Assembly (NCBI GenBank): GCA_001782235.1
Contig: MFOC01000002.1
Coordinates: 106,912-170,911 of the forward strand
Length of the DNA: 64,000 bases
Origin: Candidatus Levybacteria bacterium RIFCSPHIGHO2_02_FULL_40_18
Lineage (GTDB): Bacteria > Patescibacteriota > Microgenomatia > Levybacterales > GWA1-39-11
Direction: 5' to 3'
The notes beneath the pieces are model-generated. The model saw only the letters and a list, made by a program, of their open reading frames with translations, had not been told where the DNA came from and ran no database searches. Of the stretch, positions 56,755-64,000 are shown piece by piece (within the stretch, counting starts at the first letter, position 1; every line of letters starts with the position of its first letter). The position numbers were made by a program, and so were the translations under genes.

Positions 56755-56833
56755 TACCTTTAATACGCAAGTGTTAAGGGTAGAGAATCTAGCAATAGAT
56801 TTTCGGCAGGAAGACCCCGCAAGGGGTTTTTTT
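56755..56833 (+). ncRNA. Candidate small RNA with three GCAA-tetraloop hairpins
   Basis: tacctttaatac-GCAA-gtgttaagggta; gagaatcta-GCAA-tagattttc; aagacccc-GCAA-ggggtttt plus a U-tract; lies downstream of a consensus promoter. Confidence 0.65.
56811..56833 (+). terminator. Intrinsic terminator
   Basis: GC stem cccc-gcaa-gggg followed by a T run. Confidence 0.8.
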
Positions 56834-56838
56834 GCGGC

Positions 56839-57777
56839 TTATATTGGGAAACTGCCTCGACCAAATTTCCGAAGGTAAAAATCTAGAACTCCTCTTTTTT
56901 GCCACTTTCGGCCGTTTCGAAGTAAATTAAAACTTTCTCGAAATAACGCAAGTTTTGTTCTGATTGGCGCGTAGGTCATGCCAAACAAGAGGCGATTTCG
57001 AGTTATATAATAATCTTGAAGGTCGGATCCTGACCCACCTGACGATTCTGCGACTTTGTGCCAGAGAATTGCCTTTGGTTCATAAATAATTTTAAAACCG
57101 GCCCGTTTTATTCTTTCCGAGAGGTCCGCATCTTCGTAATAAAGATAATAACGATCGTCGAACAATCCTACTTTTTGAAGCAGATCTGCTCTAAGCATAA
57201 AACAACATCCTGTTGCCAATTCTGTCTCCATTCTAGTGTTGAATTGACCGCGATCAACCTCATCCACTCCTATATTTCCCCCGATTAAATTATCCCAGTC
57301 CATCTGCCCTCCCGCATACCAAATTACTTTCCCACGCTCAGATTCCTTATAGCTATCTTTGTGAAATTCATAACCTTTTTCAAAATAAATTTTTGGCACT
57401 GCCCCGCCGATGAGAAGGGTATCAAGGGTATCACGAGTATCACGGGTGAATGAGTTCAGGAGGTTTTTAATTAGGTCGGGATGGACGATTGTATCGTTAT
57501 TTAAGAGTATTGTAAAATCTGCTCCGTTTTTTAATGAATATCTTATTCCCTCATTGTTGCCGCCGGTAAATCCAATGTTTGTTTGGTTTCCAACCAGTGT
57601 AATTTTAGGAAATTCTTTTTTTATTTCCCTTACGGAATCATCGGTTGACGAGTTATCAACAACAAGGGGTTCGATAGCTACGTTTTTTGGAATATCAAGT
57701 TTTTCAAGGGACTTAAGACATTCAAGTGTATTATGTGCTCCGTTGAAATTAAGAATTATTACAAAAATTTTAGTCAT
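56839..57777 (-). CDS. GT2 glycosyltransferase
   Basis: ILNFNG, VDNSSTD, NIGFTGGNN, LLNNDT, YLYYEDADL. Confidence 0.93.
   Translation of the reverse strand: MTKIFVIILNFNGAHNTLECLKSLEKLDIPKNVAIEPLVVDNSSTDDSVREIKKEFPKITLVGNQTNIGFTGGNNEGIRYSLKNGADFTILLNNDTIVHPDLIKNLLNSFTRDTRDTLDTLLIGGAVPKIYFEKGYEFHKDSYKESERGKVIWYAGGQMDWDNLIGGNIGVDEVDRGQFNTRMETELATGCCFMLRADLLQKVGLFDDRYYLYYEDADLSERIKRAGFKIIYEPKAILWHKVAESSGGSGSDLQDYYITRNRLLFGMTYAPIRTKLALFRESFNLLRNGRKWQKRGVLDFYLRKFGRGSFPI
57415..57447. repeat. In-frame nonamer array AMGRGTATC
   Basis: aagggtatc aagggtatc acgagtatc acgggt, encoding TRDTRDTLDTL. Confidence 0.85.
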
Positions 57778-58676
57778 ATTTTTTGAGATATCCGAAGAAT
57801 AGTTTTTTTAACCGGATTTTTTGTCTCATTCTTCTGCGCATCTTTGATCCAAAAAGAGATCTCCCGTTTCATCTTTTTTGCTTCGTTATTGAAATCGTCA
57901 AGAATTTTATCTTGCTTAGTAAACTTATTCTTTTCCCAAACCTTCAGGAAAATAACAAAATGGTAAAACCCCATTAGAAGCGAGAGTATCAAACCGTGAA
58001 GCCCGTCTTTGTATCCTTCATGAGTAAAAAAACGCCTTAAAAATTCTTGAAAAGGCATTCTAATTGCGTCTATGTAATTAAATTCGTATCCTCCCGCAAG
58101 AAGCGCCTCGGCCTCAGAATCCGTGTAGGCTACCATTCTGTTTAAGAATTGGTTTATGGACTGATAATTCTCGTGATGAATTGGAGACAAAAGCCTTTCT
58201 ATTTTTCCTTCGACAACGATTGGTTCATGAACTTTCTTGGATACGTACTTTCCTTTGCCTTTCTTAAAAAGTCTCAATTGATAGTCCGGATACCAGCCCG
58301 TATGCTCTATCCATTTACCAAAGATGATATTTTTTCTGGGAATCTCGTATCCTTGGATGTTGGATGTTGGATGTTGGATGTTGGATTTGATTTCGCTTGT
58401 TAGTTCGGGGGTAACCCTTTCGTCGGCGTCGAGCGAGAGGATCCAGTCACAAGTGGCTTTTGAGAAGCCAAAGTTTTTCTGAAGATCAATTCTTGAAGGA
58501 TCATTCTCTTGTGTAAAAATGTTAGCACCCAATTTTTTTGCAATTTCGGCGGTTTTATCCGTGGACGAATTGTCAACCACAATGATCTCATCCGCCAAAT
58601 CGCGAAGCGAATCTATGCAATCCTTAATATTTTTCTCTTCATTATAAGCCGATATTACAACAGACAACTTACCCAT
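57774..58676 (-). CDS. GT2 glycosyltransferase (beta-1,4-glucosyltransferase-like)
   Basis: AYNEE, DNSSTDKT, WILSLDADE, WYPDYQLRLF, VHE. Confidence 0.92.
   Translation of the reverse strand: MGKLSVVISAYNEEKNIKDCIDSLRDLADEIIVVDNSSTDKTAEIAKKLGANIFTQENDPSRIDLQKNFGFSKATCDWILSLDADERVTPELTSEIKSNIQHPTSNIQGYEIPRKNIIFGKWIEHTGWYPDYQLRLFKKGKGKYVSKKVHEPIVVEGKIERLLSPIHHENYQSINQFLNRMVAYTDSEAEALLAGGYEFNYIDAIRMPFQEFLRRFFTHEGYKDGLHGLILSLLMGFYHFVIFLKVWEKNKFTKQDKILDDFNNEAKKMKREISFWIKDAQKNETKNPVKKTILRISQKI
58353..58387. repeat. In-frame heptamer array TTGGATG, 5 units
   Basis: (ttggatg)x4 then ttggatt, encoding SNIQHPTSNIQ. Confidence 0.92.
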
Positions 58677-58692
58677 ATCTATAATCTATGAT

Positions 58693-60150
58693 CTAACCCT
58701 TACTCCTTACACTAATCATAATAAATCTCAATGTTTTTACAAGCTCGCTTCCCGCCATTAAATAGAGCACCCCCAAGTAGATAATTCCTGCAATAAACAT
58801 ATTTAAAAACAGTGTCGGAAAGGAATCTATCATTTGGCGGGTTAAGTAAATGAAAGTAAGCATTATAAAGCTGGCCGCGAATTGGCGGAAAACAGGCTTG
58901 GTAAAGGAAAAACTGACATATCTTTTTGCAATAAGATAAACTAAAACAGAGCTTACCGAGATTATAAAGGAAGACGCGGCAAATCCGTTAAAGCCGAATG
59001 TGAATATTGATAGCGGCGTTAAAACCCAGGTGAGAGCCGTCCAAAAAACCATGAAATACAAAGTAATTTTTACTTTTCCGATTGCGTTTAAAAAATTCGT
59101 CAGAGGAGTTGAGATAGACGAGAAGATTGTATTCAAAGCAAAGAATGAAAGAGAAAGAATAGCCGGCTCCCACTTGGAGTACTTGGGAATAAGATCAATT
59201 AAAAATTCCGAATATTGGATAATAAAAACCGCGGTTGGAAATATGAAAAAAGAAATTAAAAATAAGGATTTTTCTATTGCGAGCTTTAGCGCCGCAGGAT
59301 TATGTTGGAGCCGGCTATAGGAAGGAAAGGTTACTTTTATTACGTTATCCATAACAAGTCTTAAGGGCAAAAACGCCCACTTTTGAGCAAAACCGATATA
59401 TCCTACTTGACTAAAAGGAAGGATTTTACCAACATAAACTATAAGAAGATCGTCCTTGACCAGCGCAAGCAAGGTGTTTGCCTGAAAAGGAAGGCCGAAG
59501 TTTATCAGTTGCTTAATTGCAGAAAACCTGAACGAAATGCCGATTGGCCAGCTTTGCACAAGATAGGTTAGGATGAGGCCGACAATCCCCCTTGAAAGAA
59601 CCGCGATTGTAAAAGTTGTCAAGCCAAAACCCAGAATGGAAAATACTATTAGGGCAGAATTGTACGCTACATTTTCTGCAATCTGTGGTATCACAAGCTT
59701 ACCAAAGGCAAGTTTTCTCTCCATTATTACTGTAGGAATTGTTCTTAAGGATGCCAAGAAAAAGGAAACAATAAGCGCCAGGAATAAAACATAGCCATCA
59801 TTATTAAGTTTGTAAAAAGATGCTATTTGCCCTGAGAATAAAAGAGCTGGAGTAATTATTGCCAGGACCAAGATTTGCTGCAGAGTAAATGTTGAGCGAA
59901 GTTCCTCTTGCGTGACCTCATCTTTTTTCTGAATAAGTGCTGCTGCCAAGCCTATGTCCTGAAAATAGTTAAGGAAAACAACAATGGATGAAACAACAAA
60001 AAACACTCCAAAACTTTCGGGCGAAAGATAGATTGTTAAGACAAAAGATGCAATAACGCCTAAAATCTGGATGAAAAAAGTCCGGGAGGTAAGGGCGAAT
60101 ATCCCTTTAACGGATTTTCTAGCAACAGTATCTAAATCAAAGTCTTCCAT
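58693..60150 (-). CDS. Polysaccharide flippase (Wzx/PST family)
   Basis: LSPESFG, DIGLAAALIQKK, VGYIGFA, VTFPSYSRLQ; many TM segments. Confidence 0.88.
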   Translation of the reverse strand: MEDFDLDTVARKSVKGIFALTSRTFFIQILGVIASFVLTIYLSPESFGVFFVVSSIVVFLNYFQDIGLAAALIQKKDEVTQEELRSTFTLQQILVLAIITPALLFSGQIASFYKLNNDGYVLFLALIVSFFLASLRTIPTVIMERKLAFGKLVIPQIAENVAYNSALIVFSILGFGLTTFTIAVLSRGIVGLILTYLVQSWPIGISFRFSAIKQLINFGLPFQANTLLALVKDDLLIVYVGKILPFSQVGYIGFAQKWAFLPLRLVMDNVIKVTFPSYSRLQHNPAALKLAIEKSLFLISFFIFPTAVFIIQYSEFLIDLIPKYSKWEPAILSLSFFALNTIFSSISTPLTNFLNAIGKVKITLYFMVFWTALTWVLTPLSIFTFGFNGFAASSFIISVSSVLVYLIAKRYVSFSFTKPVFRQFAASFIMLTFIYLTRQMIDSFPTLFLNMFIAGIIYLGVLYLMAGSELVKTLRFIMISVRSKG

Positions 60151-60157
60151 ATTTATA

Positions 60158-60290
60158 TAGAAATTGGTTATTAGAAATTAGAAAATGGTTCGGAAATTAG
60201 AAAGTGGAAATTGGTACTATTTTATACTATTTTCTATTCTCTATTTTCCATTACTAATTTCTATTTTCTACCAACTATTCTCTACTTTCC
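60158..60290. repeat. Long intergenic imperfect palindrome of TAGAAAT/ATTTCTA heptamers
   Basis: tagaaat tggttat tagaaat tagaaaa ... then ttctatt ctctatt ttccatt actaatt tctattt. Confidence 0.85.
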
Positions 60291-60296
60291 TTTGCT

Positions 60297-61016
60297 TCAG
60301 AACCGCTTGTTTCGTATATCCATCCAAAGAGTCAGACTCTCAAGAACAGCCCGAACAATTACCGGGATGTTTGCGCCGGTTTGAACTCCATGCTGACGTA
60401 TATAATGCTCTACCCCAACTTCTTTTATTCGAAGTTTTTTTCTTATGGCTTTGGCAAGAATTTCTGTTGTGATTATTGCGCCTTCCGAGCGCAACGGAGA
60501 AATCGTCTCAATGGCGCTTTTGCGAAACATCTTAAAGCCGCAATCTATATCCCGAAATGTGAATCCAAATAAAGTAAAGTCTCCTATTTTTAAAAGATTC
60601 ATAAGGAGCAGGCGCTTGAAAAGATTCCTGTCTCGCCTTTTCTTCCTATATCCGATCACTATGTCGGCATTCTTTATTTCTTCAACAAATTTATCAACTT
60701 CCGAAAAATCAAACTGGAGATCACCGTCCGTGAATACAATACAATCATAGCGAGAATTTTCAAAACCCGCTTTTAGAGCCGCCCCATAACCTCTGTTTGG
60801 ATGGAGAGAAACAACACGCAAGTTTTGGTTTTTTGAAGCCAAATCATTAGCCTTATCAAGAGTTTTATCGGACGAACCGTCGTCAACCATAATAACCTCC
60901 CATTTGTCGGCAACTTTGGGTGCAACAGAAATAGCACGAGAAATAACCTCCTCTATATTCTCTTCCTCGTTCCAAAAAGGGAAAAAGACAGACAGCTCAG
61001 GAAGCTTTCTTACCAT
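60297..61016 (-). CDS. GT2 glycosyltransferase (DPM1-like)
   Basis: FFPFWNEE, DDGSSD, NRGYGAAL, FTDGDLQF, DIDCGFK. Confidence 0.92.
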   Translation of the reverse strand: MVRKLPELSVFFPFWNEEENIEEVISRAISVAPKVADKWEVIMVDDGSSDKTLDKANDLASKNQNLRVVSLHPNRGYGAALKAGFENSRYDCIVFTDGDLQFDFSEVDKFVEEIKNADIVIGYRKKRRDRNLFKRLLLMNLLKIGDFTLFGFTFRDIDCGFKMFRKSAIETISPLRSEGAIITTEILAKAIRKKLRIKEVGVEHYIRQHGVQTGANIPVIVRAVLESLTLWMDIRNKRF

Positions 61017-61027
61017 AAGTATCTTAA

Positions 61028-61104
61028 TGTCATTCTGAACGAATGTGAAGAATCTTTTATAAAGGCCTTTAGAGCAAGATCCTTCGCTTAAGCTCAGGAT
61101 GACA
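61028..61104. mobile_element. 77-bp REP/MITE-like palindrome TGTCATTCTGA...TCAGGATGACA
   Basis: Terminal arms tgtcattctgaac...gaagaatct and agatccttc...gctcaggatgaca; supplies the stop of 61094..62809. Confidence 0.78.
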
Positions 61105-62809
61105 ACCGCGTTTTCTTACCATAAGGAATTATAACAATAATTATGCCTAAAAGACCAATTAACGAAAGCAGGTTGCTAATTTTTTCAACAGGAGTTTGGA
61201 CAAATTTTGTTGTTAATGTATGCTCCCCCTTTGGTAAATTTATATAAAAACCGTTATCCTTTATTATGTAAGAAGATTCACGACCATTAATGTACACTTT
61301 CCAGGCAGGAAAGTATGCAATGTTTGCCCTTACGGTTCCTTCTTCCGATAGATTAACTTTTGCCCTATTCTCCGAAGTTTTATTAAGCAAAATCACGAGA
61401 TTCCCGCTTCCCTTAATAATATCGAATGGTGTTTCTCTTAAGCTTGCTTGGGACGAAGGAGTCGTAAAGTTTCTCGGCAGATATTCGTCGGAAATTCTTG
61501 AAACCGTCCATTTAAGGTAGGCTTCATTCGTGTAGTAGGAACTTTGTCTATCATGTATGGTTTTAGGCTCAAAAAGCCGGACGTTATAAAACAAAGTCAA
61601 CAGAATAATTATAAATGCAGTAATATAAAAGATTCTGTCGCCAAGAAGATTTTTATCCAGCACCAAATTGGTGCTGGATTTAACCTGCCAGACAAGATAA
61701 CCTAAAATCAGGGCTAAAAATAATCCCGAAAAACTAAGGAATCTCCATGGAAACTGAAGAAAATCCATAAAAGGAAGCCCCCATAAAATTGACGAATACG
61801 ATAACGTCATAAAAATAGAAAACACGAGGCCCGCGAATATAAATGAAACCGTCAATAATTTATCTTTAAGTTTTTTGAAGTTAATAATAAACAACAGAAG
61901 AGAGATACCGAAAAGTAAAACATTCAGCTTTCCCAATTTAAAACTCATTCCATCAACGCAGGTTGGGGCAGATCCTCCAAATCCCCAGGGGCTATCCCAA
62001 AGTTGATTTATGCAGACAAAGTGGTCGCCAAAGTAAGAACTTCCCCCAATAATTGATGCGATATTTGTATATTTCATCTCAAAAATCGCGGGAAGCGTAT
62101 AAAATGCAGAGAATAGAAATGCAAAAATCAGAATCAAAGCATATGGCAATAACAAAATTTTTCTGCCTTTATTAAAGGCCAGAGATGCCAAAATGAAAAT
62201 TCCAATAAATATGAAAAGCATAAACGCCGATAAGTTGTGCGAAAGAATTACCGCGGCAATGGATAAAGAACCTAAAACAACATACTTTTTTAAGAAAGCA
62301 CCTGATTTGTGGATTTTAAACAGGCTAAGAAAAGCGAAAGGAAGAAAAGCATAGGCTGATAATTCCGCAAGGTCTCCCCTGACATAAACGTTGATCGCAT
62401 GATAAGGAAAATATAGATAAATAACAGCCGAAACAAGTCCGGCTAACTTGCCAAAAAATTCTTTAGCTAGAAAAAACATCGAAACCCCGGAGCCAATCAA
62501 TGCAATCGTGAATATAATTTTTGTAGAATCAAGAGCAGTAACGCCTAAAGACGTTATAATACCCCCTATATAATAAGGAAGCACAGAATAGAAATTAAAA
62601 ATCGGATATCCATATCCATATCCTAAGTCCTCCACCCACCGGACAGGAAACATTCCATGAGACAAAGATTTTCCCATTTCAAAAACCCTTGCAACCTGCG
62701 TATCGTCATGCATTGGGAAAAATCCCGGCGACAACAATGGAGATATTGAAAATATCGCAAGAAAAAAGTAAAGGACAAGATGCCAATTTTTTTTGAGTTG
62801 TTCAATCAT
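61094..62809 (-). CDS. GT-C membrane protein, PTPS-related family
   Basis: MHDDTQVAR, VRWVEDLGYGYG, PYHAINVYVRG, LQFPWR, YFPAW. Confidence 0.82.
   Translation of the reverse strand: MIEQLKKNWHLVLYFFLAIFSISPLLSPGFFPMHDDTQVARVFEMGKSLSHGMFPVRWVEDLGYGYGYPIFNFYSVLPYYIGGIITSLGVTALDSTKIIFTIALIGSGVSMFFLAKEFFGKLAGLVSAVIYLYFPYHAINVYVRGDLAELSAYAFLPFAFLSLFKIHKSGAFLKKYVVLGSLSIAAVILSHNLSAFMLFIFIGIFILASLAFNKGRKILLLPYALILIFAFLFSAFYTLPAIFEMKYTNIASIIGGSSYFGDHFVCINQLWDSPWGFGGSAPTCVDGMSFKLGKLNVLLFGISLLLFIINFKKLKDKLLTVSFIFAGLVFSIFMTLSYSSILWGLPFMDFLQFPWRFLSFSGLFLALILGYLVWQVKSSTNLVLDKNLLGDRIFYITAFIIILLTLFYNVRLFEPKTIHDRQSSYYTNEAYLKWTVSRISDEYLPRNFTTPSSQASLRETPFDIIKGSGNLVILLNKTSENRAKVNLSEEGTVRANIAYFPAWKVYINGRESSYIIKDNGFYINLPKGEHTLTTKFVQTPVEKISNLLSLIGLLGIIIVIIPYGKKTRLSS
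61655..61679. repeat. Perfect palindrome, in frame
   Basis: atccagcaccaa-a-ttggtgctggat, encoding SSTNLVLD in a loop. Confidence 0.75.
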
Positions 62810-63998
62810 TTTTGTTTCTGCGCCGAATGGTCCACCCTAAAAGTCCCACAAAAGAAACAAGCGAAATGAGATCCGATACCAACCGAATCGGGCTTTCCCC
62901 GAATGTTGCTTCGATTTTATTTTCACCGGGACCAACCTCAAGCTCCATAACGCCATTGGGATTATCATATGATATTCTACTTTCTTTTCCATTGATAGTC
63001 GCGCCAAAGCCCGGATAATAAATTGTATTTATTCTAATATTCGAATTATCATCCGTTTCTACATCGAATGTTATATTTTTCGAATCATTATAAATAAGAT
63101 TTTTTATTTCCCCCCCACCTCTAACTATTTGAACTTTTTCTTTGTATCTTTCTACCGGCTCTTCTTTCACCCACTTTGGCATATACTCGTCTTGAACGGT
63201 TGTTGTGGCTTCATTAGTAAAATAAAAAGAATCATCTTTAAACACTCGTTTTTCGGGAACAATATAATTATAGGAAGAAAAAACAAGCAGCGCCAAGATA
63301 AAGCCCGATGTAATTAATTTTTGTTTTTTTAAATAAAACGCCGCAAAGGCAGCCAAAAATCCGGCGCCGAATATTAAATAGGAAAGAAGCCGAAAAGGAA
63401 ATTGGACAAGTTGCGATGGTAAGATATTCCAAATGGGCTCACTCGCGTTTTGTGACAGTAGAATACTTGCGACGGATATAAAGAAAAATAAAACGAACAA
63501 AGAATCTTTCCTTTTGAATTTTAAAAAGACGAGTAAGGACAGCGCCATGATAAAAACGCTTGATAGTCCTATCAAGTTAAAACCAACAAAATATTCAGAT
63601 AGATTGGAGATTTTTGTCGCGGCAAAATTTGTGAACTGGAGTTCGTAAAGCGCGGGGATCGTAAAAAATGATGACATTAGAATTCCGAACACAAAACTTA
63701 TCGCCGTATCTTTAAAATTTAAGGTTTTTCGAATCAGTGAATATGCGAACAATAAAGGTGCAAAGAGCAAAAAAATCGTATTATGCGAGATTGCAAGCAG
63801 AAACACCCCAATTGAAATAAAGAAAATATTCTTTTGTTCGATCGCGAGAAGCGTAAAAGAAACCCAAACAAAAGCAAACAATTCTCCAACCGATCCTCTT
63901 TTGTATAGATCGAAGAGATGATAGGGCGTATAAGTTAAAACAAGCGAACCGATGGCTGCCGAAAATTTATCAAAAATCCTCGACAGCCAAAAATAAGC
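62802..63998 (-). CDS. GT-C membrane protein, PTPS-related family, 5'-truncated by the window edge
   Basis: Frame is open to the window end (PYHLFDLYKRGSVGE); VQFPFR, YYPGF. Confidence 0.82.
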   Translation of the reverse strand, partial: AYFWLSRIFDKFSAAIGSLVLTYTPYHLFDLYKRGSVGELFAFVWVSFTLLAIEQKNIFFISIGVFLLAISHNTIFLLFAPLLFAYSLIRKTLNFKDTAISFVFGILMSSFFTIPALYELQFTNFAATKISNLSEYFVGFNLIGLSSVFIMALSLLVFLKFKRKDSLFVLFFFISVASILLSQNASEPIWNILPSQLVQFPFRLLSYLIFGAGFLAAFAAFYLKKQKLITSGFILALLVFSSYNYIVPEKRVFKDDSFYFTNEATTTVQDEYMPKWVKEEPVERYKEKVQIVRGGGEIKNLIYNDSKNITFDVETDDNSNIRINTIYYPGFGATINGKESRISYDNPNGVMELEVGPGENKIEATFGESPIRLVSDLISLVSFVGLLGWTIRRRNKND

Positions 63999-64000
63999 AA

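Noticed and set aside
60158-60290. CRISPR array
   Set aside because: Units are 7-nt, tandem and inverted, with no unique spacers; no cas genes anywhere in the window.
60185-60472. 95-aa plus-strand ORF
   Set aside because: It is a translation of the heptamer hairpin and is antisense to a GT2 gene.
1-64000. Alternative genetic code (UGA=Gly) or rRNA/tRNA genes
   Set aside because: Long ORFs are intact under code 11 and several end at TGA; no rRNA or cloverleaf signatures were seen, so the IVP-family gene is not inside a 23S gene here.

Overview
AT-rich bacterial chromosomal segment, standard code 11 (TGA is used as stop). Gene content and architecture suggest Patescibacteria/CPR, probably Microgenomates (inference). 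About 55 kb is a mostly minus-strand surface-glycosylation cluster: about 18 multi-pass GT-C-type membrane proteins (PMT/ArnT, YfhO, PTPS-related and GT87-like), 9 GT2, 3 GT4, 2 flippases, galE, two further epimerases, a DegT aminotransferase and modifying enzymes. An accessory block at about 46.6-56.8 kb carries LexA, an adenine methyltransferase convergent with a PLD-family nuclease, small ORFs and a candidate small RNA with three GCAA hairpins. The most unusual signal is a layer of short DNA elements over the glycan genes. A four-helix-bundle (Avd/23S-IVP family) gene sits in the loop of a hairpin built from 9-nt repeats, and two empty copies of that hairpin flank galE. A second 108-bp heptamer-built hairpin occurs between genes and also in frame inside two glycosyltransferases. 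More than ten degenerate heptamer arrays, mostly of five units, lie in frame at equivalent positions of paralogs. Several REP-like palindromes are inserted in frame, one nested inside another. No rRNA, tRNA, CRISPR array, integrase, transposase or reverse transcriptase was seen. Alignments and counts were done by eye; family names come from motif recognition, not database searches.
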